A stretch of DNA of 63,813 nt, filler included, from Octopus bimaculoides (Eukaryota): NCBI RefSeq assembly GCF_001194135.2. It is 8 parts of 7 records of this genome, joined end to end, with 100 filler letters (N's around TTAATTAATTAA, not from the genome) between each part and the next. Parts side by side here need not be neighbours in the genome. Positions count along the whole stretch, not along the records: positions 1 to 4,211 come from NW_026304631.1; positions 4,312 to 21,173 come from NC_068981.1; 6 more parts are not named here. The stretch is one strand, 5' to 3'. Both the position numbers and the translations under genes were made by a program. The notes beneath the pieces were generated by a model. The model did no database searches and was not told the origin of the DNA. It was given only the letters and a program-made list of their open reading frames with translations. This document shows positions 1 through 11,299 of the stretch, one piece after another (within the stretch, counting starts at the first letter, position 1; each line of letters begins with the position of its first letter).

Positions 1-483
1 CTATTTTAGAGATGAGCGTCACCAACGTTTATGACATCAACAACAGGGTGGAGGAGTCATGTGGGCTAGTATCATTGGGTTAGGGTTAGCCAAGGTACCT
101 GAAAGGTTATAATGACTGCAGCCACTGTCTGCCATCTCCTGCAGGAGGTCTTGGATCCTTGGCTAGATGACATACTGCTGTCACTTCTAAGGAATCTTGT
201 ATACATGCATGACAATGCTCCCTCCCACTCTGCTGAGATAATCCAAACATTATTAGGGTCGTATGGCATACAAGGTGAAAGGTTGATAGTGTGGCTACCA
301 GCATCTCCGGATCTCAACCCTAATGAAAATCTTTGGTCCATCATTAAACAAGATGTTTATGCCAATGAATGCCAATTTACATCAAAGCTGCAGCAGAGGT
401 AGTCCAACCTGCTCTATTCAGAAATTGACAGATTCCATGACTAATAGGGTTTTTGACGTTATCCGTCGAAATGGTGCTCAATA
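1..483 (+). mobile_element. Tc1-like transposase remnant, DD37E (TRT-like) spacing
   Basis: The frames read QQQGGGVMW...VPE, then MHDNAPSH...GIQGERLIVWLPASPDLNPNENLWSIIKQDVY...QFTSK, and after a frameshift IQKLTDSMTNRVFDVIRRNG*. There are 37 residues between the second D (HDNAP) and the E (NPNE). Confidence 0.85.
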
Positions 484-554
484 ATTCATTACGTTAATAA
501 ATGTTATAACACTTTTATGGTTTTCTGTTAAATAAAGCACCATTTGAACATGAT

Positions 555-901
555 CGTTGCCAGTGTCACCTTACCAGCACATGTGCTGGTGGCACGTGAA
601 AAACATCTGAGTGTGGTCATTGCCAGTGCCGCTGGACTGGCTCCCATGCTGGTGGCACGTAAAAAACACCTTTTGAGTGTGGTCGTTGCCAGTGCCACCG
701 GACTGGCCTTCGTGCTGGTGTCACATAAAAGAACTCACTACACTCTCGGAGTGGTTGATGTTAGGAAGGGCATCCAGATGTAGAAACTTTGCCAAATCAG
801 ATTGGAGCCTGGTGTAGCCATCTGGTTTCACCAGTCCTCAGTCAAATCGTCCAACCCATGCCAGCATGGAAAACGGACGTTAAACGATGATGATGATGAT
901 G
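555..901 (+). mobile_element. Dispersed SINE-like repeat, family D (ends ...GGACGTTAAACGATGATGAT)
   Basis: It shares GGAAGGGCATCCAG.TGTAGAAAC...TCGTCCAACCCATG..AGCATGGAAA.CGGACGTTAAAC(GAT)n with the inverted copy at 58786-59017. It has internal repeats of GCCAGTGCC.C.GGACTGGC...GTGCTGGTG.CAC.TAAAA. Confidence 0.75.
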
Positions 902-1319
902 ATAATATACTCAATGTATGCTTAACATGTATCATTACCCTTCATTTTCTGAAAAAAATAGTGTCTAGATGGACAATTTTCATTCAAATAGTTCATAAAA
1001 AAACTGAAGAATCTCAAATAAAAAAAGAAAGGATGTTACACAGACTACTGAAAACATATCAATGGTGTTGCCATAGTGTGCAAACCAACTGGGAAAAGTT
1101 TTACCAAAATTTAGGATTTCACAGAAAACTGAGAAATCCTAAATTTAACTCCTAAGCTATAAGCATGGTTCTGAGTGCATTATACAGACACCCACATATA
1201 TATAAAATATCATTAAACACTATATTACTGACAATGGTATATAGCTGGTCAGAATGTTACTATTAGTTTCACACTAACCATTGCACATTGTACTGTTGCA
1301 CATTGTACACGTGACTTAT

Positions 1320-1870
1320 AAATAGCAACCTGCCCACAAACTGGCAATACACACATGAATGAGGGGCAGCCCAAGGAATATAAATAATATCAAACACACA
1401 TACACAGGGTGTGTGCATTGCCCGTTTGTGGGCAGACTGTGATTTATAGGCATGAGAGAAAATTTTCTTGTCAATACGCCTGGTGTAAAAACACTGGTAA
1501 TACACATAACCTTGTGTATATGTGTTCGATATTGTTTATATTACTTGGGTTGCTTCTAATTCATATTTGAAATTTTTCTGTAGTATAAATTGTTGGGACA
1601 TACCAGCACATGGTTCTCACACCATTTTGCAGATAATCTGGCATCAGTTTGGGTATATGATATTGATAAGTTACAAAGATGACAAAACATGAATGTCTAC
1701 CACTCCTGCAATGGGACCAGGCATGAGTTATCTAGCTTATCTATGATTTCTAGGTGTTTTTACACCTGGCGTATTGATGAGAAAATGTTCTCTCATGCCT
1801 ATAAATTGCAACCTTCCCATGAAATGGCAATACACATGCCTTGTGTATGTGTGTTCAATATTGTTTATAT
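1320..1870. repeat. Scrambled repeat made of nested inverted and direct segments
   Basis: 1331-1355 is inverted to 1411-1436, 1366-1410 to 1510-1553, and 1440-1495 to 1752-1806. Segment 1510-1540 is repeated directly near 1835-1867. Confidence 0.7.
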
Positions 1871-2419
1871 ATATACATACATACACACACACACATATAT
1901 ATATATGAGTTCAGCAAAAATTTAGATTCAGATGAATATGGTACTTAAGTTGAGGCACCAGAATTCAGTACAGTATTATCCATACAATTTCAAAATAAGG
2001 TGATTAGAATCAAAATACACAACAAGGATATCCAGAGGTAATGCAGTACAATCGTTTCAAGCAACTCCATTTAATTGAACAATGCAATTATTACATCAAT
2101 TTAAATGCAGAGCAATCCTCAGATGCATAAAGACATAGAATTAAATTAAAACAGATGAACACATTAGTATAATGTTCAATTAAATGGAGTTGCATGAAAC
2201 GATCATACTGCATTACCTCTGGATATCCTTGTTGCTTATTTTGATATATATATATAATGCTGGAGAGAAAGCCTGTTACATATTGACTGTACTTTCTCAA
2301 CACTTACAGTAAAATAGCCATCAATTTTAGATTTTGATGTGCTTTTTATCGCTATCAATTAACTTATACCATAGTGGTTAAATTCATATCAATTTTACCC
2401 TTTTAACATGGGTTTAGAT

Positions 2420-3325
2420 CAGGTCCATGTCAGACACTCTATGTTGTGTGAATTCAAAATGGGGCACTTCAGCAATGGAAATGACTTGTTCTGTCTATGG
2501 AAATGGAGATTTTAAGAGTCTGGACATGGTTTGGCTAGTTTTACTTGGTAAATATTTCTCTCGCAAACTCCCTTTGATCCGGACCATCAATTTCTTCAAT
2601 ACTGAACCGCTGCTGCAAACTGTAGTTGAGGATAATCCAAAGCAAATTGCATGAAAATTAACGAAACAGATCAATTCAAGTCACACTTTAATCATAAAAC
2701 ACCCCCATAAACAAGGACAAGGGTCTAAACCTGGTCAGTGGGTCTCTCATCATCTGGCTGCCCTCTGCTTATTAATGAAAAGCAGACTTGTTACCAAATT
2801 TTTCTTGGGTAGAGTCATCAAAAGAGATGAAAATGGTTTGATTTTAATCTTATTCAACAAAAACAATGGTTAGCATCCAACGAAAAAGAAGAATCCATCA
2901 TCAAACTAAGACAACACCTAAAACAAGTCATGCTCTGTATTCGGTGGCATATGCAGGGAGTTGTTCATCATGAACTGTGTAATAAAACAGTCAATGCAGG
3001 GAAGTATTATTGCCAATGGGAAGCTTTATGCACAAATTTCCAGAAAAAGCACTCATCATTGATCATTCGTAAATGACTCAAGTTACTCAAGAAAAGAATA
3101 TGGCACTGAATATGGAAGTTTTGCCTAATTTTCCTTACTCTCCGAACCTTGCTCTATCTCACTGTCATCTTTTCAGATTATTGCAACATTATTTAGAGGG
3201 GAAATAGTTTATTAATTGTGAAGAAATAAACAGTAATATTGAATGTTTCTTCACTTCAAAACCTGAGGAATTTTATGTCTGAGAGATCAGTTATTTGTCA
3301 AATGGAAGTGTTATTGATCACCATC
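2420..3325 (+). mobile_element. Decayed mariner (DD34D, SETMAR/Hsmar-like) transposase
   Basis: Frameshifted motifs occur in the expected order: HVRHSMLCEFKMG (HTH), GQWVSHHL (WVPHEL), GRVIK.DE, KQVMLCIRW...GVVHHEL, EVLPNFPYSPNLALSHCHLFRLLQHYLEGK and FFTSKPEEFY. Confidence 0.8.
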
Positions 3326-3705
3326 ATCATTTCATTTTCCATGCTGAATGAGTTGGATAGTCTCTGAATGGTTTGACAGCAGCTGACAAGCTGAAGAACT
3401 TCACCAAGTTCTGATTGTCTGTTTTGCCATGGTTTCTACAGCTGGATGCTGTTCCTTAATGCCAGCCACTTTACTGAGTGTACTGGGTGCATTTTATGTG
3501 GCACCAGCACATGTGCTTTTTACATGGTACCATTACAGGTGCCTTTTACAGGGTACCAGCATAAGTGCTTTTTACAGGGTACCAGCACAGGTACTTTTTA
3601 TGTGGGACCAGTACAGGTGCTTATAAAGCATCTAAAAGATGATGTCAGCACAAATGCTTTCTATGTGGGACCAACACAGCTGCTTTTTACACAACACCAG
3701 TACAG
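3326..3705 (-). mobile_element. Old family D repeat with an expanded ~24-bp internal tandem array
   Basis: TTTCTACAGCTGGATGC..TCCTTAATGCC matches the other family D copies. Positions 3500-3705 hold about 8 units of GTGCTTTTTA(C/T)..GGTACCAGCAC. Confidence 0.6.
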
Positions 3706-3864
3706 AATTTATAGAAACTTAATGTATAAACACCTTCAGAAGGGATTGTAACTCTCAACATTGTCAACCCTGGCTTCTTCCTCAACTTGGCCAAACATTG
3801 AAAGTTATATTTTGTATATGAATACGCCTATGCAAACAACGCAATCAAAGATAGAAAAATAGAT

Positions 3865-3927
3865 GATGAGTGTATATGCATATTTCAAAAGTTATTGCTC
3901 TTTCATCAGTACCACATCCAACCCATC
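3865..3927 (-). ncRNA. Type I hammerhead ribozyme, family H1, intact core
   Basis: The minus strand reads GAUGGGU-UGGAUGUG-GUA-CUGAUGA-AAGAG-CAAUAA-CUUUU-GAAA-UAUGCAU-A-UAC-ACUCAUC. Stem I is 7 bp plus an 8-nt bulge plus 3 bp, stem II is 5 bp, stem III is short, and the cleavage triplet is AUA. Confidence 0.85.
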
Positions 3928-4311
3928 AACTATCTATGAATGCATTGATTAAATATCTACGAAGTTAAGCAGTGTAGCACAATTGGGTAGATCAATATAT
4001 ATGTGGCAAATGGTACACACAATTTCTGGCAAAGAAACAGTATTTTGTTTTGCAAACATAATATACTACCAACTATATTAAAGTTTTACAAATTAATAAC
4101 TTGTCTTGCTTGTGTGTTAGCAGTGTGATGTTTTTATTTTTAAGATTCTTCACAGATTTTCCATAAATTTCAAAGTCAGCACTAAAAGTTATGACATTTA
4201 TGTCTATATAANNNNNNNNNNNNNNNNNNNNNNNNNNNNNNNNNNNNNNNNNNNNTTAATTAATTAANNNNNNNNNNNNNNNNNNNNNNNNNNNNNNNNN
4301 NNNNNNNNNNN

Positions 4312-4735
4312 GCCCCTAACCATAGGGAATTGATCAGCCAATTCATACAAAATATAGGAACCCACAACATCCGCTATTTGAGCTGAGTCAGAACTTCCCA
4401 TAGGAACATCGAAAGCATTAGGAGTATCTTTACGAATCCAAATCTTATCATTAAAAGAAATAAAGGACTTCCGAGCAGCTAACACTACTTCTATTTCATC
4501 CCTAGTAAGCCCTGCCTTGTTATGAAAGAACCAAAGAGCCTTATTAAGTACGCTAGCGTTAATAGAAGCATAAAAATTAGAAATATCAAACTGAATAAAT
4601 TTAGCATTACTTTTGTTTTCAATAGAACGAAACCATTCAATAACCTGATCAGTACTAGACCATAAATTCAAAAGTAATCCATCAATTATAATAGGAATAT
4701 ACCTATCCAAAATACTTTTACTGATAATCCCAATC
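4312..4735 (-). mobile_element. Penelope-like element RT fragment
   Basis: IGIISKSILDR...WSSTDQVIEWF...FIQFDISNFYASI...FDVPMGSSDSAQIADVVG. These match the PLE RT motifs QFDIxxFYxSI and FDVxMGS. The fragment is cut by a gap. Confidence 0.85.
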
Positions 4736-6150
4736 CCATAGATTGTTTGTGTCAAGATTGATACTTTCTATAGCATCGGGGAATCTTTGCAAGTTGCTTG
4801 ATAATTTAAAGTTTGCAACATTTAACTTTTTATGTACCTTAGGACCAGACTGTTGATTTTTAGGCATTATCGAAAACAATTTTTTGCACGCACTAGACGA
4901 TGGTCAGTCCAGCTCTATGCTCTTCTCTTGGCCCGAACGCTAGAAACGTCTCTCAATCAATCGCACTTTTGATCAGAATATAATCAATGAGATACCAGTG
5001 CTTAGATCCTGGGTGCATCCAGGTGGTTTGATATCTATTTTCTGCTTAAACAGAGTGTTGGTGATAACCAGATTATTCTCAGTACAAAACGTCGGAAGAG
5101 CTACTCCATTTTTATTACATTTTGCAATCCCATGTCGGCCTAAAATAAGCCATGAAACGTAGTCCTTTCCAACTCTTGCATTGAAATCTCCCTATATGAC
5201 CAGCTTGTCAGAAATTGGTAATTTTCTCAATAATTGTGCTAGATAGTCATAAAACTGTCCTCCAGTTTCATCAGAATGGGACATTGTTGGTGCATAAATA
5301 CTGACAACGGCAAAAAACCTACCTTTTGTCAGTTTAATACGACATGACGTGGTCCGTTCAGATATACCACTTGGAAACTCTGCAAAGAGTATGCTAATGT
5401 ATTCTTGAGAGCAAACCCAACACCAGATTCTCTATGCTGACCCTTAGGTAGGCCTCTCCAAAAGATAGTATATCCATAAGTAAGTTCATTTATTTGACCC
5501 TCACCAGAGAGACGAGTTTCACAGAGCCTAACTACATCAAGGGAATATTTTTTAAGCTCACATGCAATAAGTGCAGTACGCCTTTCTGGCCTCTTGTTGA
5601 AATTATCATCAAGAAGTGTGCGCACATTCCAACAGCCAAAGTTCAAAGGATGCTTATTTTTACTTTTTCTTGAAAATTGTTCGACCACAGTGGCAGGATG
5701 ACGCCCAGGCCCAGCCTGTGATACACTGGGACGCCTGCCGAGGCAGACCTCTTTCCCTGACGTTCTCAAACCTTTTTTGCCATTTACTGAATCTGTTTGA
5801 GACATTTTAGAGTAAGTTACAAGTGCATTTTCAGGTTTCTGCCAACCAACAAATTCAATGATTTTACTAAGATTTGGTGTACAGGAAGTAACTGTGCAGA
5901 TGAATAATTTTCAGTTGGTGTAGCTTGCACTGCACTACCTCCACCTATTGGCTCAAGAAGACTTTCATCTGTGTGACATGAAAATTGACAAAGCCAGGAA
6001 CTTCCAAGGCCTTAGGTTTTATTTCGGAGATTTCCTTCTCCTAAGTAGATTACCAACCAAGGTTAAAGAGCTTCTACCTGTCCATGAGGTAAGGTATCCC
6101 ATTCCGGACACCAAACCGACACTCACTCTATAAAGTGATCAAATATCACT
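4736..6150 (-). mobile_element. RTE LINE 5' part: 5' UTR and AP endonuclease
   Basis: FGCWNVRTLLD..RPERRTALIACELKKYSLDVVRLCETRL..GEG...ESGVGFA, VVSIYAPT, GDFNARVGKD, DHRLV and KKLNVANF, with frameshifts. Confidence 0.9.
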
Positions 6151-6422
6151 CCGGTGGCCGACGCGAAGTAGCTCATTCATGCATAAAATGAAGTACGATA
6201 TGTGATTTGCAAATGTAAATAAGATTTTTTAAAATTGTTATATATAAATATAAAAAAGTAAAAGAAATGCAATTTAGAAATATAAATAATAATATAAATA
6301 ATGTAAGATTTAAATATATATGAAAAAATAGGTACGATGTGTGAATAAGAATTAAATAAGAATTAAATATAAATAATATATATATAAAAGTAAAAATATA
6401 CATATATATATACACATAAGAG

Positions 6423-6461
<39 letters not shown>

Positions 6462-7989
6462 NNNNNNNNNNNNNNNNNNNNNNNNNNNNNNNNNNNNNNN
6501 NNNNNNNNNNNNNNNNNNNNNNNNNNNNNNNNNNNNNNNNNNNNNNNNNNNNNNNNNNNNNNNNNNNNNNNNNNNNNNNNNNNNNNNNNNNNNNNNNNNN
6601 NNNNNNNNNNNNNNNNNNNNNNNNNNNNNNNNNNNNNNNNNNNNNNNNNNNNNNNNNNNNNNNNNNNNNNNNNNNNNNNNNNNNNNNNNNNNNNNNNNNN
6701 NNNNNNNNNNNNNNNNNNNNNNNNNNNNNNNNNNNNNNNNNNNNNNNNNNNNNNNNNNNNNNNNNNNNNNNNNNNNNNNNNNNNNNNNNNNNNNNNNNNN
6801 NNNNNNNNNNNNNNNNNNNNNNNNNNNNNNNNNNNNNNNNNNNNNNNNNNNNNNNNNNNNNNNNNNNNNNNNNNNNNNNNNNNNNNNNNNNNNNNNNNNN
6901 NNNNNNNNNNNNNNNNNNNNNNNNNNNNNNNNNNNNNNNNNNNNNNNNNNNNNNNNNNNNNNNNNNNNNNNNNNNNNNNNNNNNNNNNNNNNNNNNNNNN
7001 NNNNNNNNNNNNNNNNNNNNNNNNNNNNNNNNNNNNNNNNNNNNNNNNNNNNNNNNNNNNNNNNNNNNNNNNNNNNNNNNNNNNNNNNNNNNNNNNNNNN
7101 NNNNNNNNNNNNNNNNNNNNNNNNNNNNNNNNNNNNNNNNNNNNNNNNNNNNNNNNNNNNNNNNNNNNNNNNNNNNNNNNNNNNNNNNNNNNNNNNNNNN
7201 NNNNNNNNNNNNNNNNNNNNNNNNNNNNNNNNNNNNNNNNNNNNNNNNNNNNNNNNNNNNNNNNNNNNNNNNNNNNNNNNNNNNNNNNNNNNNNNNNNNN
7301 NNNNNNNNNNNNNNNNNNNNNNNNNNNNNNNNNNNNNNNNNNNNNNNNNNNNNNNNNNNNNNNNNNNNNNNNNNNNNNNNNNNNNNNNNNNNNNNNNAAC
7401 AACCAGTGTGGCATTACTAGGAAGAATTTACTTAACTAACTATAGAAGGGGAAAATAAAGAACAAGTGGTGATTGAAGCAGAAATAGATATTGTTTAAGA
7501 TTATATTAAAAATATTAAGATTAATAACATACTGATTTGAAGCAAAGAATGTAAACATGATAAATGAAACATCATTACCTTGTAATATATTAATATACGG
7601 ATGTTAACGCAAATCAAAGGAAGAACAAGGTACAAGATATTTTGTTGAGAAATAATAATAACAACAATATACATGCTTACAAGGAGAAGATCGAGTATAT
7701 TAAGACAAAGTAACTAGTGGTACAAGGCAACTCAAGTAGCATTACTGGGAAGGAAATTACTTAATCAACTATAGAAGGGGAAAATAAAAGTTTCTCCTTA
7801 AGGAAAAAACTAACAACATACTAATATAAAGCGAAGAAAGTAAATATAAAAAATAAATAAAGCATCATAGCCTAGTAATATATTATATTATTATACAGAT
7901 ATTAACGCAAGTGAATGGTAAAACAAGATACAATTCCGAGATGCTAATCTTATTGTTACAGATATTGTTATGATTCCTATATTAATACC

Positions 7990-8700
7990 TAAATGACTAT
8001 TGCCATCATTTGTGTGTGTTAAATTATTGGAGTAATTATTATTGTTATTGGTATGAACATTACTATTATTATTATTATAACTGGGATGGCTGTCTAGAGA
8101 GGAATCTAAAAACAAATCTTTAGTATTAGAAAACTCAAATCTAACCTTATGCGAGTTAATTATTGGGTAATAGTGGGAACCCTTAGGAAAGTTCCTACTC
8201 ACCGTGTCTCGGAACTGCCGGACCAAATTTGATTTAACTTGCTTCCCAAACGGGAGGATGAGCCAGATATTATTATCAACAGATCTAGATACAGTATTAG
8301 TGTGGTTAAATAAATAAAGAATTTTGAATTTTTTTAAGTGTTTAGAGCCAGTTGGGTCTCCTCTCTTATGTGAGTGATAAGCATGTTCCACTTTTTCAGT
8401 AAAGTGAGAAGAATGGGAAGAAATAGAAATGGGTTCATCCACGCTAGTAAAGGGGGTATCATGTTGTGTAAAAGGAAAAAAGATCTCTAGAAGAGTCGAT
8501 GTACCTTACCTTGTCTTTATAACCTGCCTTCAATAAGGCTGAATTATAAAAGTCAGCCTCCTTATTGAAAATTTGGGAGCTAGAGGAAAGTTTGCAAAGC
8601 CTAATTGAGATACTCCTAACCAAATTACTAGTTATATGTCTTGGATGGTTACTAAAGGGGCTTATGTACTTGAGATTAGTTGATGGAATATATATATTTA
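7990..8700 (-). mobile_element. Penelope-like element, RT thumb and linker before GIY-YIG
   Basis: One open frame reads LKYISPFSNHPRHITSNLVRSISIRLCKLSS..IFNKEADFYNSALLKAGY, then NNIWLILPFGKQVKSNLVRQFRDTVSRNFPKGSHYYPIINSHKVRFEFS. This resembles the PLE WFNPP..KHFP..IFN..VKVSYS linker. Confidence 0.75.
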
Positions 8701-8705
8701 CAGAT

Positions 8706-8880
8706 ATGTCAGGCGCTCTTAAGTGCTACTGGTAACATGTAAAACCAGTACAAGCTATCGCATGGTCGGCTCGTCGGCAACTAATCTAGTAACCCCACCA
8801 GGCTTGCTTGGTGAGCAGCACACCCTGCGGGATGGAAAATAAGACCCATCAAAGGGCGAAGGAACTCCTGAACAGTCAAT
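8706..8880. repeat. Unclassified dispersed repeat U1, copy 1
   Basis: It is homologous to 11019-11215: ATGTCAGG..ACTGGTAACATGTAA..CCAGTACAA..CATGGTCGG..CTGCGGGA..TCAAAGGGCG.AGGAACTC.TGA..AGTCAAT. Confidence 0.7.
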
Positions 8881-9585
8881 TTCTTTATTAACTATATAAG
8901 GTTGAGAAAAATAGGGGACGATACGAGGACAGACAAAACAAACATTGGGTTCAGAGGATCGAATGGGACGAAACGTATGAATAAACAATTAAGATATAAA
9001 CAATTAAATGAGAATAAGTGATTTGCAAAACATGAAGCGGAGGACGCGGTCGACCCCACAAACCACATACTCACACTGAAGATTTTGTTTTTTTCCTTTT
9101 CTTTGTTCTCGTTTCGACAGGTTCTTTCACTCGCAACATACTTGCTACATACTTCCATCTTTTACAAAACACACTTTGCGACAGGCATTTCTTCTCCAGT
9201 CTTATTTTCCGTGTCATGTGGAAAACGAAAAAGTCAATTAACCCGAGACAGGAAATGAACATGCCTGTTGCAATTCCTTTTCCTCTCGTCTTCCATACTA
9301 CCTCTTTCACAACAGCAACTACCGAGAGAAAACAGGCTCACTCCTCCCTATTCTGGGAGGGCGACGGAACGATCTTAATTACAGATTCGCACCACAGTTC
9401 TACTCTTCTCGAATGTGACAGCAGGTGTTCAATATAAGCCCAGTCACCTTGGGGCATTGCACAATCGCGTGCAGGACAGTTTCACTGTCCTGCTCGCATC
9501 TTGCACAAACAGGCGAAGGCGCACACCCGTGTCTAAAGAGCTTGTCTCGAACCGGTAAAGCTCCTCTGTAACATTGCCAGGCCAG
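8881..9585 (-). mobile_element. L1/Tx1-clade LINE 3' end: zf-RVT, ORF2 C-terminus and 3' UTR
   Basis: WQCYRGALPVRDKLFRHG...CARCEQDSETVLHAIVQCP contains CxxC..E..H...C. KEVVWKTR...FCKRW follows. An AATAAA lies at 8884-8889 on the minus strand. Confidence 0.8.
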
Positions 9586-9664
9586 ACATACATACATACA
9601 TACATACATACAAACATACATACAAGTTATCTCTACAGTTAGTTCCTTTAGAATTTATAGCCAG

Positions 9665-9880
9665 CATTGAAATTTACGATATTTCGTATACGCATATGTC
9701 AATATAAACAATGCGATCGAAGATAGAAAATAGGTAATGTGTATATATGCATATTTCAGGCATATCCAACCCATTAACTATCCCCGAATACATTGTTTGA
9801 ATGCTTACTAACTTTAGCTGTATAACACTATAGGATTGACTTATTTACATATTAAACACATTCATGGCAACTGGTATGTA
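9665..9880 (-). repeat. Family H1 element with the hammerhead core deleted
   Basis: It aligns to about 3805-4010. The minus strand reads AAUGGGUUGGAUAUG-CCU-GAAAUAUGCAUAUAUACAC, so CUGANGA and stem II are missing. Confidence 0.7.
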
Positions 9881-10509
9881 CATCCTAATTGTACCCCCAA
9901 GTTAGTTTGTCATATCTATGAAGTGAAGCCCAACACTAACTCAAACGATCCACGCTAAACGCCAGTGTGTCAAGGAGATGAAAACTTTGGATAAGCATCC
10001 GGATAAGTTTCGATTGTCATGCTGAAAAGCACTGCCCACACCGAGTTTAGCATGCAGTCTCACAAATTTTAATCTTTTCCTGTCGAATTAGATGCACAAT
10101 TGTTAATTCCCACTCGGTGGAGGAAAAGTTGTGCATCATGATTCATGCAGACGAAACATTGTATGAGCAATAAGCGTGGCTATACCTTATGAGTGAGGCC
10201 GTATGGAAGAAGGTAGTTCAGATTATCAGAGTCCGATGAAGTGTCCGCAGAAGAATGAGTGAGAAGATTGGGAGCAGCTTTCTAATGAGCTTTGTAGAAT
10301 GAGGCCGCAAATGATTGAAGTTTAAGTACATTTTGGCTGTTAAGGGTGATATGAATCTTTGCAACGGCGTTTTTTTAATATATATATGATCGCCATTAGA
10401 GTTCGTAAGAGATCGTGAAAATTAACATTTGCAACAAATTAACTGCATGTTGTCCAACACCTAAGAGAGTAGGATGCAAGACGTGAGCAGTGATAGCGTC
10501 CGTATGGCT

Positions 10510-11020
10510 GCTACCTTGCCTGTTCATCATCATCCGGTCGTGCTTATTGCACGGGTCTCCGTGACTCGTTCTCTCCAGTCTGTTTGGTCCACCATTGCAT
10601 GTAGTAGATTTTCTCGGGTGCACTTGGAGTCCTCGCACAGTTGTTTTATGTAAATTCGGTGTGGTCTACCAACATTTGTGTACCCATGCTTCAGTTCTCA
10701 GAAAAAAACGTCGCTGAAGATCTCATTATTTGATTTCCAACAATGTCCAACGAATCTTGTTCTTTCTCTGATGACGTGAGATATTGGTGGTAAATTACCA
10801 TAGAGGAGTGCAGCTAGAAGTGCAGCTAGAAGCATTCTTGTATAAGTTCTGTCAACTTCTTTTTTCAAGACGCGTTGTTTAGAGTCCTTATTGTACATCC
10901 ATATAAGAGAACTGGCTGTGCAACAGCCTGAAAGAAATTAGGCTTCATATTTAATGGAAGTTGAGATTTCTGGACCGTTGGTAATTTATTTAAAGCTGCC
11001 CAGGCTTTACCGATTCGGAC
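10510..11020 (-). mobile_element. RTE-X-type LINE 3' end with (TGA)n tail
   Basis: VRIGKAWAALNKL...FFQAV..VLLYGC...TYTRML...LYGNLPPIS..IRER.RFVGHCW...GRP..YIKQLCED...WRERV..RAISTTG*, followed by TGATGATGA. Confidence 0.85.
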
Positions 11021-11215
11021 ATGTCAGGTCGATCTTGAACGCCACTGGTAACATGTAACCCAGTACAACTTGTTACATGGTCGGGTCATCGGCGATTAAA
11101 CCCTATCAAGCTTGATTGGTGAGGAGGGTGATTGTTGGACACACTGCGGGACGAAAATTAAAATCCGTCAAAGGGCGGAGGAACTCATGAGTAGTCAATG
11201 GCTATCAAACAACAT
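11019..11215. repeat. Unclassified dispersed repeat U1, copy 2
   Basis: It is homologous to 8706-8880 and sits at the point where the RTE-X pieces change orientation. Confidence 0.7.
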
Positions 11216-11299
11216 GTGCATATTCATATATTGTTTATATATTTTTATTATATTTATATTTCTAAATCTAACATATATTTTATATGTTTATATGCGTGC

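Noticed and set aside
8950-8982. TTCA-GAGGA-TCGAATGGGAC-GAAACGT-A-TGAA
   Set aside because: It needs several deletions to become an HHR, and it lies antisense within a Tx1 3' UTR, so chance cannot be excluded.
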